A stretch of 63,319 nt of DNA, filler included, from Octopus bimaculoides (GCF_001194135.2; 6 parts of 6 records of this genome joined end to end with filler, not necessarily neighbours in it); one strand, 5' to 3'. Counted from the first letter of the whole stretch, positions 10,790 to 23,939 are shown. Translations and numbers: made by a program. The notes: a model not told the origin generated them from the letters alone.

Positions 10790-11015
10790 AGCCGCATTAC
10801 TAAAAATACTGATCACAAATTTTGGCACGAGGACAGTAATTTCGAGGGAGCGGGTAAGTCGATTAGATTGACCCTAGTATTCAACTGGTATTTATTTTTT
10901 CGACCCCGAAAGGATGAAAGGCAAAGTCGATTTCGGCGGAATTTGAACTCAGAACGTAAAGACAGACGAAATACGGCTAAGCATTTGCTACCGATTCTGC
11001 CAGCTCGCCGCTTTG
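10790..11015 (-). mobile_element. Family C SINE (Meta-domain-like core)
   Basis: Reverse complement of GCCTTTCATCCTTTCGGGGTCG..AATAAATACCAG plus a tRNA-like head. Confidence 0.75.
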
Positions 11016-11484
11016 CATCACTAAACATATTCAAGATAAATTTTCGTTACGCGTGCCATTCACATAATCCCGCGGGCCGCAGTTTGCCTGTGACTGCACT
11101 ATGCCATAATATATTTCACCTCAACGCACATCATATCACAACATACCACTTCAGTTTTGCCTTTTCTACCAGGTTGGTTTCAGGCCGCACTTGGAAAGGA
11201 GGGGCTGCCTCCTCTTCTCGTCAAAAATTTTCTGTGGTCCTTATATGGAATCCTGGAATCTGGACCGATGTGCCGGTTGAACTAACCCAATCTCATTGGC
11301 CCGGCACACTGCATTGTAACATTCTACATCATACTGTACAAATCTATATCTTGCCCTCTTACATCATGTTACGTCATACCTACGTACCATCGTCATCCCG
11401 TTTGCTCAGTCCTGATATATCTACAGCGACTTTACTGTACAACACTAGCCTAAACACTGGCTCATACAAACACACACACACACA

Positions 11485-11519
<35 letters not shown>

Positions 11520-11561
11520 CCAAACACATATACAACAGCTCACTAAAGGTGTGATAGATAG

Positions 11562-11606
<45 letters not shown>

Positions 11607-11689
11607 TATGTGGGAGATAGAGGGATGGGTAGAAGGTGAGAGTCAGTTCAAAGGAAATTAGCATATATACATAAATATGTAAGTATGTT

Positions 11690-11740
<51 letters not shown>

Positions 11741-11916
11741 TTATCAAAGTTTGATAAGTGCCAACGCACGAAACTCTGCGACTTGAGTCACTGTGGTACT
11801 CTCCTAAATATCTATCTATCTATCTATATACATACATACATACGTACAAATGTACATACATACATACACGCACAAACATACATACATACATACATGTATA
11901 CATGTATGTATGTATA

Positions 11917-12405
11917 GAATTCTAGTGGAATATTCCCATCAAAACTTCTGTCAGATGTAAACATAACAGGTCGGATATTGTTGTTTGAGACAGAGGGGCA
12001 AAGGTATGCGCCATCATAGAGGTCAGCTGCCCTGCATATATAAATATCTCCTTGAAAATCAAAGAAGATATCTATGGACAGCTGCTTCGAAACCTCCTGC
12101 ATCTATATCCAGACTATGAATTTATATTCATGCCAATAATAATTGGACCATTAGGTTTTTGTTAGTAAACGCTTAAAGAAGAATCTGGATAAATTGAGAT
12201 TTTTAGAAAGAGAAATCGACCGGCTAATTCATGTATTACAAGTGCATTCTGTGAGTGGAACAATAAAAATATGCAAGACTTTCCTCAAGTTCCAAATGTG
12301 AATTTGTCTGTGTTAACTATATCCCAAAGATTGACCCTCGTATCATTGTTGAAAACTGGCTCCCTCCTCAGTGGAAGGTTTATAATAATTAAAAAATAGA
12401 AGAGA
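11917..12405 (+). mobile_element. R4/Dong-like non-LTR 3' fragment (restriction-like endonuclease region)
   Basis: Reads WNIPIKTSVRCKHNRSDIVV*DR..IIEVSCP..YGQLLRNL..PIIIGPLG, homologous to 30290-30640; embedded in (CATA)n. Confidence 0.75.
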
Positions 12406-12467
12406 CATACATACATACGTACATACATATATACATACATACATACATACATACATACATGCATACA

Positions 12468-12516
<49 letters not shown>

Positions 12517-12551
12517 GTGGGTCGCGTAAGAGTCCATATTCCCTTCCATAT

Positions 12552-12645
12552 CGGCTAACTCTGATGAGCGTAAAGTTATATAATCGGTTTGTTACCTAAC
12601 AGTTCATTGTATTATTTACGCGAAACCAGTTGGTAAGATCAGCCG
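12552..12645 (+). ncRNA. Minimal type I hammerhead ribozyme
   Basis: Stem I CGGCTAACT/AGATCAGCCG; CTGATGA 12561-12567; stem II GCGTAAA/TTTACGC perfect; GAAA 12622-12625; stem III CCA-GT-TGG; cleavage triplet GUA. Confidence 0.88.
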
Positions 12646-13020
12646 TGATGGATATTTAACAGTATACTTTTCGGATAAACCATTAAAACAGGGCAAACAT
12701 CTCAAGTCGTATACAATTCTATTATAGGAAGAAATTCAAAATCTTACAGATGTTTCTGGGACATCACTGAGTATGGGATATTCCGTCACCAGAGACAAAT
12801 AGAGAAAAAAATAGGGAAAATGAGAATATATATATATATATGTATAAACATAATTAAGGGATCAGCAAACATTTGCTTCACCACATACCGAAGTTCAGAA
12901 ATAGCAGCTAAAAAAGCTGAGACTCCAACAGATAGCATTACTTGTAACTCACAAAGGCAAAAACAAGAAGAAAAATCAAATGAAAACTAACCATTCGAAG
13001 TTAATCATAGACGCGTATAT

Positions 13021-13120
13021 NNNNNNNNNNNNNNNNNNNNNNNNNNNNNNNNNNNNNNNNNNNNTTAATTAATTAANNNNNNNNNNNNNNNNNNNNNNNN
13101 NNNNNNNNNNNNNNNNNNNN
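13021..13120. other. Scaffold-join gap with artificial spacer
   Basis: 44 N + TTAATTAATTAA + 44 N. Confidence 0.95.
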
Positions 13121-13156
<36 letters not shown>

Positions 13157-13516
13157 GTTAGGAAGAGTATCAAGCCATAAAATCTATGTTAAAATAGAAC
13201 AATTGAATATGACATGGACTCCTATATTATGTAGGAGGACAGTAACTCAAAGTGTAAGTCATCTTAGACTTTAATGACCCATCCAACCCATCCCAGCATG
13301 GAAAGCAGACATAAAATGATGAAGATGATGATCGGAATAATGATTTTGGTGACGATGACAACAATGACTATATGTATGTGCAAGTGGTAACAACTCATCA
13401 CCAACCTCCATTTTCTCATGACAGAGTGGGAAGGGTGTTTATATTGAAATTTAAGGTAAAAGTGTAAACTGCTGTTTATTTTTGTTTAACTTCTGTTTTC
13501 ACTTCTTTATTTCCAG

Positions 13517-13599
13517 TTTACCTTGTCATATTATGTCATCCATCACCAGTTCCAGCTCTTGAAGAATCTTCCTGGACAAGATGCCTCTCACAAGATTAA
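13517..13599 (+). CDS. Possible terminal coding exon of an unidentified gene
   Basis: Long pyrimidine tract ending TTTCCAG, then xYLVILCHPSPVPALEESSWTRCLSQD*, followed by repeat-poor AT-rich sequence; no homology recognised. Confidence 0.25.
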
Positions 13600-13903
13600 A
13601 CCTACTTCGTATGAAAATGAACACCAATTTCTTTAGGCTCAAGTAATTTACAATCCTGCACATTTTTCAAACTCTAAATAATTTACAGGTTTTTTTACAC
13701 TTCATTAGGCTAAAAAATACAAAATGGAAATAAGGAACATTGAAAGCAAACACAAACATTAATTTGAAAGAGTGTGACTTCTGGGCCATGCTTTATATAC
13801 TTCATGAAAGTATATAAACACTGTATATACTTTCATGAAGTAGGGTATATTAGTTTTAAACTGCTTTACTTTGCTTATGTCACTGTTATTACAATAAATT
13901 GCA

Positions 13904-13951
<48 letters not shown>

Positions 13952-13960
13952 GCTCTCCCC

Positions 13961-14139
13961 TCTGGAGATGTCATCTGGAGATGTCATCTGGAGATGTCAT
14001 CTGGAGATGTCATCTGGAGATGTCATCTGGAGATGTCATCTGGAGATGTCATCTGAAGATGTCATCTGGAGATGTCATCTGGAGATGTCATCTGGAGATG
14101 TCATCTGGAGATGTCATCTGGAGATGTCATCAGGAGATG
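13961..14139. repeat. 13-bp minisatellite (TCTGGAGATGTCA), about 13-14 copies
   Basis: Direct inspection; one G>A variant unit and a degenerate last unit. Confidence 0.95.
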
Positions 14140-14989
14140 ATTAAACTTGAATTAATCATTGGGAAGACAATGAAGCAGAAAGAAATGTCAGACCCATTGC
14201 TAACTCTAATATATCTCTCAACATCATTTGTTTATATATTAATCCTATCTAATAATTAATCGAAGAATTAATTAATAATGCACTAGACAGCATTTGGGGT
14301 TAATTTGAAATGTAACGTAAGGTACATCTTGTTGGTAAACACTCTATTTTAGCTTTACTCTGAAAATTAAACATTATGATTACATTCGGGGGCTGTGGGC
14401 AAAAAAAAATGGGATTGATCTTCTTAAGCCTTATTAGGTTAGATTGGTGTAGCTATGTTGAGATTTTTATAAACTATGGAAGACTATAAGCTACTAATTT
14501 CTCTGTAAACTGGACAAAGGATGAGTATTCTTTCTCTGATGAAAGTCTAAGAAGACTAAAAACAAGTCAGATCATTTCTACTTTTACCTACATCACACAG
14601 AGAAATAAAATTTGTGATGTAACTGCTTTCTTTACTTTTCATAGTGAGGTTAAAATTGGATATTTGTTAAGATATATTATATTTCATATCCAAAAACACC
14701 CTGGAATACATTATCAATTAACTACATCAGTACATGCACTGTTATATGAATTAGACACACCACTTTAGCTAAATCTGACTTCGTACACATTATAAATAGA
14801 TATAAGCTATTAATCTTTCTATTAAGAGATGAGGTTTCTTTTTCTAATGAAAATGTAAGAAGATCAGAAACTGGTTAATTTGATCCCACTTTTTCTGCTT
14901 CCAGGGAGATAGAACCAGTAGTGAAACACCTAATTTACTTTTGTTAGCCAGGATAAAATTGTATGTTTATCAAAACAAAATAAGCTTAC

Positions 14990-15320
14990 ACTGGCATTCC
15001 ATCTGTTACGATGATAAGGGTTCCAGTTGATCCAATCAACAGAATAGCCTACTCATGAAATTAACATGAAATTAACAGGCTGAGCACTCGACAACATGTG
15101 TAACCCTTAACACAGTACTCAAGGAGATTCAGTATGACACAGAATGTAACAAGGCTAGCCCTTTGAAATACAGATACTAATCATTTTTGCCAGCTGAGTG
15201 GACTGGAGCAACATGAAATAGAGTATCCTGTTCAATGGCACAACATGTCACTGGGAATCAAACTCACAACCATGTGATCATGAGTCAAATACCCTAACCA
15301 CTAAGCCATGTGCCTTCACT
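14990..15320 (-). mobile_element. Family B SINE, CpG-decayed
   Basis: Colinear with 1727-2105 but CG mostly replaced by TG/CA. Confidence 0.75.
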
Positions 15321-15358
15321 AAGCTTACACTACATTTCCAGTAATTGACCTGTACCTA

Positions 15359-15568
15359 CAAGGGGGTGCTGAAAATTTCCTGGCTTTGGGTTAAAGAAAA
15401 TACAGGAGGATCAGTTAATTATGATTTTATCCAATATATTACCCTCTCAGATTCACACACTTACTGCAGCAATCCTTCAGTTTTTCTAAGCCCTGTAAAA
15501 GTTCTTGGAAGGTTGGGCTTCCAACCAAGCCTTTTGCAATACCCTTAAAGCCAGGAACCTTTTAGTGG
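15359..15568 (-). mobile_element. mariner-derived MITE
   Basis: TA|CAAGGGGGTGCTGAAAATTTCCTGGC..GCCAGGAACC; reverse complement of 2992-3208. Confidence 0.8.
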
Positions 15569-15569
15569 T

Positions 15570-15850
15570 TAGGGTGTTCAGCTCATGATCATAAGGTCTT
15601 GAGTTCAATTCCAAGCAAGACACTTTATTTCACATTGCTCCAATCCACTCAGCTAACAAAAATGAGTTGTACCAGTAATGCAAAGGGGCAGCCTTATCAC
15701 ATTCGGTGTCATGCTGAGTCTCCCTGAGAAATACATTAAGAGGTACTCATGTCTGTAGAGTCCTCAGCCACTTGCATGATAATTTCATAAGCAGGCTGTT
15801 CTCTATTAATCAGATCAATAGAGTACTCATTGCTGTAACCAATGGAATGG
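15570..15850 (+). mobile_element. Family B SINE, degraded
   Basis: Tail CAGCCACTTGCATGATAATTTCATAAGCAGGCTGTTC matches family B. Confidence 0.7.
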
Positions 15851-15894
15851 CATTCATGTATGTATGTATGTATGAATGAATGAGTGAATGAAAA

Positions 15895-16240
15895 ATGAGG
15901 CAATACGGCTGTGTGGTAAAGAAGCTTGCTTTGCAGCCATGTAGTTTCAGAATCACTTCCATTATAGGACATGGGCAAGTATTTTCTACTTTAGTCCCAG
16001 GCTAGCCAATGCTTTGTGAGCAAATTTGGTAGACAGAAATTGTGAGGAAGTTCATATTTGGCTGCATGTATCTTTGTATTTGTCCCCCACCCCAACTGCT
16101 TGATCATCAATGTTGGTGTCCCTGCAACTTAGAGGTTTGACAAAAAAAATAAAACTGAGTACAAGACTCAGAAATAAGTACTAGGGTCAGTTTGGTTGAC
16201 TAAATCCTTCAAGGCAGTGCCTCAGCATGGGCACATGCTG
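15895..16240 (+). mobile_element. Family A SINE, degraded
   Basis: GGCTGTGTGGTAAAGAAGCTTGC head; AAGGCAGTGCCTCAGCATGG tail. Confidence 0.75.
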
Positions 16241-16409
16241 AAGCACTGCTATGTTGCTGGAACTGCCAGCTTTCTTTGGTCTTGTCAATGACTGATATCT
16301 GTGACTAGATATAGCAGCTGGCTCCACTATCAGCGATGCATACAGAATCTAAGCATCTGTTCAGGCACTGCTCTCGCAAATAGCCAGTGGACTTATTAAA
16401 AAATTGCTG

Positions 16410-17219
16410 CAAATGTCTGCCATCAACAAAGCCAAGGAAGGCTGAAATCTGATAGTTCCAGTGACATAGTGATCAGTTATTGCTCTCCAACAATATAAAC
16501 ACAAGTGCTTTTATGCACCACAAGTCCATATTTTGTGTTCTGACAACACATCGACTTTTAAGAGGGGATAGCTATTACTTTTTGGTATTAATAATGCTTT
16601 TGTTGCAATTAATTATTTTAAATTAAAACCACTGCCTATTTGTGACACCAGTGCCTGAATCCTCCATTGCTGACGGGGAAATCACTTTGCCTAACCTGGG
16701 TGTCTGACACTGACAAGGCCAAGGGAAGCTGAAATCACATGATCTAGAAGTCCCAGCAATGATAGAGGAGGATTATCTTCTGCTAGCAATATAAACACAA
16801 GTGCTTATATGCACCACAAGTTCATATGAGAAGTTCTCTCTTGGTAACTATCACAGTATTCTGTGCTCTAACACAATATCTATTTTTAAGTAGGGATAAA
16901 TATTACCTTTTGGTATTAATGTCACTCCTGTCACAATTAATTGTTTTTTTAATAAACTCACGGGCTATTTACAACACTGGTGCCTGAAAAGACACTGAGA
17001 TTTTATATGTATCAATGGCAGGTTAATTGGCTGCTATGTCTAGCTGCAGATGTCTGCCATTGACAAGGCCAAGGAGGGTTGAAACCGCATGATCTGGCAG
17101 TTCCAGCAGTGTAGCAGATGGTTATTACCTGCCAGTGATATAAGCATGAGTGCTTTTATACACAAGTTCGCTCATGATAAATAAAGCAACACATTCTAAC
17201 AACATATCCACTTTCAGTG

Positions 17220-17220
<1 letters not shown>
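16410..17220 (+). repeat. Old 300-350-bp repeat, three diverged tandem copies (two more at about 21770-22130)
   Basis: Shared blocks TGACAAGGCCAAGG..TGAAATCACATGATCT, ATATAAACACAAGTGCTT and TTTAAG(A/T)GGGGA(T/C)A. Confidence 0.7.
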
Positions 17221-17253
<33 letters not shown>

Positions 17254-17608
17254 ATTATAAAGGTTTATAATCCAAGCTGTGTCCTTGTGAAGCACATCTG
17301 CATGTTCACATTAATCCATGGTATGTACAGAGATGCTTAATTTTGTATGTTTTATACGTAGTGATTGAAATTTTTAGTGAATTCAATTTGCAAAGTAATT
17401 ACATATCAAAATACAAGACTGGACAAAATTTGGTATATTTTTGATTCCATGTTACATATGTTTCTTTACAAGATAGGAGTCTTTGTCTGAGGAATTACAG
17501 ATAGAAGATTCTGTACATGCTTTTTCGATATGAATACCTTTGTGATTCCAATATCTTAATGAAACATGTGTAACACAGAATTAAAAATATGCCAATTTTT
17601 TTTTGTGT

Positions 17609-17623
17609 TCTGTTTATATATAT

Positions 17624-17666
<43 letters not shown>

Positions 17667-17845
17667 TATATATATATACACATATATATACACATATATA
17701 TATACATATACATATATATATACACATATATATATACATATACATATATATATACACATATATATATACATATACACATATATATATACATATACATATA
17801 CACATATATATATACATACATATACATATACACATATATATATAC

Positions 17846-17896
<51 letters not shown>

Positions 17897-18230
17897 CATA
17901 TATATATACATATATATATACATATATATNNNNNNNNNNNNNNNNNNNNNNNNNNNNNNNNNNNNNNNNNNNNNNNNNNNNNNNNNCATATATATATACA
18001 CATATATATATACATATATATATATACATATATATATATACACATATATATATACATATATATACACATATATACACATATATATACACATATATATATA
18101 CATATATATATACATATATATATACATATATATATATACATATATATATACATATATATATACATATATATATATACATATATATATACATATATATATA
18201 CATATATATATACATATATATATGTATGTA
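17609..18230. repeat. Compound (TA)/(CATATA) microsatellite with internal gap
   Basis: Direct inspection; source of the overlapping Y/I/H ORFs. Confidence 0.95.
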
Positions 18231-19174
18231 CATACGTGCATGTACGTATGTGTATGTACATCTGGATGTATGCATGTATCATGTATCTACCTATCTGTCA
18301 ATCTATCTATCTATGTATGTTTGTATGTATGCATTTGTTCCCATCACCACCTACTGATAACTGGTATTTGCTTACAGCCCCATATCCTAGTGGCTCATTG
18401 AAAGAGACCAATAGAATAAGTAACAGAATTTTAAAAGTAAGTACTAGGGTTGATTTGTTCAATTATAACCCTTCAAGGCCATGTCCCACTATGGTTGCAG
18501 TCCAATGACTGAAGCAAGTAAAAGATAAAAGACAAAAATCATATTTTTTTGTATTATCAGATACTCTAATAACATTAGAAACATAAAAGTAAAACCATTC
18601 AACTTAAGTAACAGTTAAATTAATATAGTACAAGATGACAAGTAGTGGAAATCAAACCACAATGATTTGAAAATGACAGTCTGTCAATGAAAATGAGATA
18701 TATCAGGTAAGATAAGGTTATCAATTAGATAAATGGCTTTCTTTGAATGCAGTCTATATTGATTGAAATGCTTTGTCTCAGATCTAGGAGTATTTCAATA
18801 CAACTAACATTTTGACCCTTCTAGAAAGTAAACAACTGCTCAACACTGAAATTTTTCTGACTTGTAGGATACTTACAATGCCCAGGATTCCCAAATAGCC
18901 ATCTAGTGCTAAGCTTGACATTGCTTAAAACTTGAATAATCAAATGAGAACTAATGTTTTCAGCATAACTGAAGACAGATAATTCCTTTGATATAGTTTT
19001 ACCTAATTAAGAGGGGTAAATATTTCAAGAGAGGTAACTGGCATAACTAGTGTAGGTTAAGGTGGTGTTCCAGCATGGCCGAAGTCAAATGACTGAAATA
19101 AGTAAAAGAATAAAAGAATAAGAGTCGCTTGCATTTCTTTGAAATAAATAACATTTTTTACTTTAGTTTTTATC

Positions 19175-19371
19175 TTTAACTATTATCTTTTTGCTTGTTT
19201 CAGTCATTGGACAGCAGCCATGCTGGAATCAAACAAATCAGTCCCAGTACAATTTATTTTTCTTAAGACTGGTACTTATTCTATCGATCTCATTTGTCAA
19301 ACGGCTAACTTACAGAGATATAAACAAACCAACACCGGTTGTCAAGTAGTGGTGGAAGACAAACACAAAGA

Positions 19372-19422
<51 letters not shown>

Positions 19423-19550
19423 TAGGCTTTTTCAGTTTCTGCCTACCAAATTGACTCATAAGGCCCAAGGCAATAGATGACTCTTGCCCAAGGTGCCACA
19501 CACAGACTGAACCCAAAACCACATGACTGGGAAGCAAGCCATGCCTATGA
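19175..19550 (-). mobile_element. Family A SINE
   Basis: Reverse-complement tail TTGTTTCAGTCATTGGAC and head CACAGACTGAACCCAAAACCACATG. Confidence 0.75.
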
Positions 19551-20351
19551 AAATTTATTTGAATAAATGTGTTTTGATATCATTAAGCATGATTAAATTG
19601 TCCAATTTCTATTGAAGAATGGAAACAGCAGAAATTCAGCCCTGGTAGGTAAAAGAAATGCACTATGTAAGTTAGGATGAGGTTATCATACTTAATGTAC
19701 AGCTATTGTAAGAAGGAATGTTATCTGCGTAGGAGTGGATTGGGATAAATGGAAATTGACAGAAGATTAATAAAGATGAGGCAATTGAAAGAAGATACAC
19801 TGATAGATCTTTGGTGGATCAAATAATAGAGGTCATGACAGACATGATGGCAAGGATGGATTGTCAAATCCAGGCAATTAATTCACAAGAAGGAAGATTA
19901 ACCAACAGAGTTGCAATTCATATATTTCCAAAGACATTGCTAATATTGATTTCTTACTTTGGCACCAAGCCAGAAACTTTGATGGGGATGGGGTGAAGTG
20001 AGGTGGAGGAGGAGATTTTGTCAATTAAATTAACCTAGGTAAGTTACAGGTACTTATTTCATTGACCTGAGCAGATTTTGAATTCAGAATGTAAAGCAAT
20101 GCCCTAAATACAATTACAATTGCTTTAATGATTAACTCGACCATATTTGATGCATTTTGAGACTAATTTTTCAGAATTTATATTGTTGGATTTTAAGGGG
20201 GAATAAATCAAAGTTTTGTTAGTGATGGCCATTTGTGGTGGTTTCAACAGTCAGAGAAACTACAGTAGCAAGGGTGACTAGTAATTGTAGTGGTATGTAA
20301 TTCAGGATCCCACATCAACATCTTCTAGTCTCTTCTTATGTCATCACTTAA

Positions 20352-20567
20352 CCTTTTGCTTGTCCAAAGCATTTTCATACATTTGTCCTAAATGTTTATG
20401 CTTGTTTTCAGACTTTTAGTTAGCCCTTGTTTCATATATTTTGAAAGCTTTCCTTTCATGAGTCCCAAGTTACTCTGATGGTTGTAAAAAAATTGGTAAT
20501 GTGTGTCACATATGTAGCCTGGGAAATATATTGTGTATCACATGTGATACACCGGACAGGCAAAGGG
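20352..20567. mobile_element. piggyBac-like (TTAA) MITE
   Basis: TTAA on both sides; TIR CCTTTTGCTTGTCC / GGACAGGCAAAGGG (12 of 14 match). Confidence 0.75.
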
Positions 20568-20690
20568 TTAACCTATCTTTCAAATACTATGATTAAAATC
20601 ATTTAGAAGGAGATAACACAGAAGCTTTTATGTAGTCTCTTGATCTATTAGAAATAGAAGACAGATTCCCCTCAAATCAGGCTAGAGTCT

Positions 20691-21266
20691 TTAACATTTT
20701 ACAGTTTAAATTATTCTGTCAATTATAATATTTATATATTCACCTTATGAAGACACATGTGTCAGTGGTTAGAACGTCAGGCTCACAATCATGAGGTAGT
20801 GAGTTCCGTTCTCAGACTAAGCTGTGTGTTGTGTTCTTGAGCAAGATGCTTTATTTCACATTGCACCTGTTTACTCAACTGTAAAAATGAGTTGCAGCAT
20901 CACCAGTGCCAAACTGTATCAGTCTCTGCTTTTTCCTTGGATAACATCAGTGGTGTGGAGAGGGGGAGGCTGGTATGCATAGGTGACTGTCAGCTGGTCT
21001 TCCATAAGCAACTTTGCCTGAACTTGTGCCTTGGAGGGGAACTCTCTTGGTGCAATCCCATGGTCATTCATAACTGAAGGGGGTCTTTATCTTTTATATT
21101 CACATTGTTTTGAATTAATCATACCTTTGAGATTTTGATGAAGTGATTGTTTATCTTTAAAATGACATTGTAGGGTAAATGTGAGAGTCTGGATCTGATC
21201 AGTTTGAACATAAAACAGAAAGAATATTCAGACCAGATATGGCTGGATTAAACACTAAAGGGTTAA
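20691..21266. mobile_element. TTAA-flanked MITE split by a SINE (about 20746-21095)
   Basis: Colinear with the uninterrupted relative at 26163-26390; TATATTCAC repeats at both SINE borders (TSD). Confidence 0.65.
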
Positions 21267-22134
21267 TTATAAATCTGTTTAATCAAAGTTGATCTAGAGT
21301 TAATCCACAGCAACATATAGAAAGAGGAAACATTTTCTACTAGTTCAATTTTGGAAAATATGTTCTTAACATTTTTATTCCTAACACTTAAATGTTAATG
21401 ATTTCAGAAAATATTTGGCTATTGTATTAGGTTCCTTCCTAATACTTATCAAACTAATACAGAACTTTCCCATAAAGTAAGTTTCCTCAAGTTCAGGATT
21501 TTCAACCTATTGTGAGTTATGTACAACCTAATGTGTTATATTCAATCTTTCTTGTTTTCAGCAAAAACATTACATATCCTACTTGAGTCAATTTATTTCT
21601 GTTAAAACTATGAAGGTGCTGTTTGTGATTGACACTTGCTCATTTGTCAATAGATTACTCAGTCAGTCAAGACCCTGCTAATATTGTTTTTTGCAACACC
21701 AGCACCTGTTCTGGCACTGTTTTTCTATATATCACTGGCAAGGAGATGAGTCACTACTATCTCTAACAGTTGAGTGTCCATCATTGACAGGACCAAAGAA
21801 GGTTGAAATCACATAATCTGGTGGTCTTAGCATTAAAGGTGACAGGGATTTTATCTCCCTGCTAAGGATATAAACTGTTTTTCTATATAGCATTGGCAAG
21901 GAGGTCCATCACTGACAGGGCAAAAGAAGATTGAAATCACATGACCTGGTGGTCTTGGCACTGGAGATGGCAGGGATTTATCTCCATGATAACAATATTG
22001 CACCAAAAGCCAATAAGAGAGTTTCTCTCATGACATCTACTACAGTAAAATTTGTTCTAACAGAATATCTACGTTTAAGTGGGGACAAATATTACCTCTC
22101 AGCATTGTTTTTTTTTTATTTTGATTGACTCCAG

Positions 22135-22310
22135 TTGTAGGTATGGCTGTTTGGCTGCTTCCCAACCACATGGCTTTGGATTCAGTTCCATTACAGCATA
22201 TTGAGCAAGTATCTTTTACTATAGACACAAGTCAACAAAAGCCTTGAGAGAGGACTTGGCTGATGAAAATTGGGAAAGAAGCCCATCATATATATATCAT
22301 ATATATATAT
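22135..22310 (+). mobile_element. Family A SINE 5' half
   Basis: GGTATGGCTGTTTGG..CCAACCACATGG..GAAAGAAGCCC followed by (TA)n. Confidence 0.7.
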
Positions 22311-23202
22311 AATAGACAAGTTAAAATAATGGTCATTACATATAATTCCTTTATTATAACAAATTTTGCTTACAGCTGTTTCCAGTAGTCATTATAGAGA
22401 GGTTTACTCAATTGATATATTGATCAATTGAGGTAAATTGAGAGACTTAAGAAAATTAATGATACCTTCATCAGAGTCATTGCTGGAAATAATGAACAGA
22501 GCACTTGAAGAATGGCTATTGTATGGGGAAAGTGGGGGAAGATTGGGATGTCTAAGTTGAAAAGGTAAAGGTCAGTTACAATGGGGTGCTAGCAATTGAG
22601 GGAGTGGTACTTAGTAGAAGTAGCAGTAATAGTATGAGTAGTAGTATTATTAGTAGTTGTAGTCGTAGGAATATTTGGGACAGTCACAAACATAGGTCAG
22701 CAACATTACCAATATGGTGGTAGTAGTACAAAATATTGAAATTTTACTAATACAATGTAGCCTATTTTAATGTTAAAAAATTGGATGCAAAACATTTTAA
22801 ATCTATATTTTACTCCTCCATTTACAATAGAATCTGGTGAATGTTGATGTTAAAATAAGACACAATTATAAACGAACTTGATTAGAACTGTGACATTTGT
22901 GATTCAGAAATAACTGCTAATCAGACAAGTAAATCACTCTCTGCAGCTAACTAAATTTATCTCTTGGACACATGGTCTAATATTATTCAAACACATCAGG
23001 GGTTTCTATTCTCTCTTATTTCATTTCATTTCAATTCTTTTTTATTTTATTTTAAACATTGTTTCCATTTCATTTAAACAATTTAACTACAATGTTTCTA
23101 TTAAATCAGCTATTTCCTCTGGCCAACAACATAATCTTGTGCTGACAATCATAGCAAAGTGAAAATAGTCACCAATAACTGGTTTGTCATACTTCCAGCC
23201 AA

Positions 23203-23242
<40 letters not shown>

Positions 23243-23939
23243 ATTTGCATGTTTATAAATATACAAGCAAAAACAGATTTTAATATATGTTCGCTAAAGT
23301 ATTTAGGTGCAGTATTCCTACATCCTAGTTAGACTTGCATTTTGGAAATTTTCATTTATCTCTATTTACCAATACCCTCTGCAAAGGCTTAAGTAACCTC
23401 TATCTTCTTATTTACTTAGGTGCATAAGAGGTGTGGCAACATTTCAAGTAGACTAACAGTAACTTGACACTTACAATGTGCTAGATGTGCTGCTAACAAT
23501 ATGTATAGGTTGGGCTATAAAAGCTTCAGATGAATGTGATAGTTTGCTAAGAGCACTTAGACAATAATTTCTCATTTCCTAGGTGTTTAGATATCTGACA
23601 TTGGTAGCTGAGACAGAACTAATGTTTGGTAGCTGAAATTGCTACTCCTTAAAGGTAGGTTTTTTGTTTTTTTGGTTTTTTTTTGGCGTGTGCATATGTC
23701 ACAAAGATGAACTGTAATATTTATGGATGGGAAGCATAGGTAGGATAGAAGAAAATTGCCTGAAGAAAGAAAAGAACTTTGATTAGTATCTTATGAGAGA
23801 AATATAAATGAGTCAAGGAAAATCCATCTGTTTGTGTGTATACATACTTTTGGAATTCTGCCCTTTCATATTACTTATGTCAGTAGTCACATCTTGTTTT
23901 CATACAATTTAAACATGAATGAATGAATATATAAATATA

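Noticed and set aside
11078-11097. CCCGCGGGCCGCAGTTTGCC resembling a hAT subterminal motif
   Set aside because: No TIR partner or TSD found.
11141-11299. CArG box CCTTATATGG (11239-11248), two CCAAT boxes and a GTATGT donor suggesting a minus-strand promoter
   Set aside because: Short motifs are expected several times by chance in a window this size, the donor sits in decayed (CATAC)-like repeats, and no downstream exon was found.
13961-14139. Repeat array as a CRISPR or coding repeat (WRCHLEMSSGDVI)
   Set aside because: No spacers, eukaryotic context, and the peptide period is simply three 13-bp units.
14530-14572. Hammerhead-like TCT-CTGATGA-AAGTC..GACTA-AAAA-CAAG-TC-AGA
   Set aside because: The GAAA core reads AAAA, the stem II closing pair is absent and stem I is only 3 bp.
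17495-18508. Long overlapping ORFs rich in Y/I/H/T/C/V (also 5787-6592, 23880-24264, 39132-39563, 40935-42371)
   Set aside because: Translations of dinucleotide or tetranucleotide microsatellites and N runs.
23080-23205. Minus-strand 40-codon frame EFGWKYDKPVIGDYFHF..
   Set aside because: The acceptor is only the end of a (CA)n tract and no homology was recognised.
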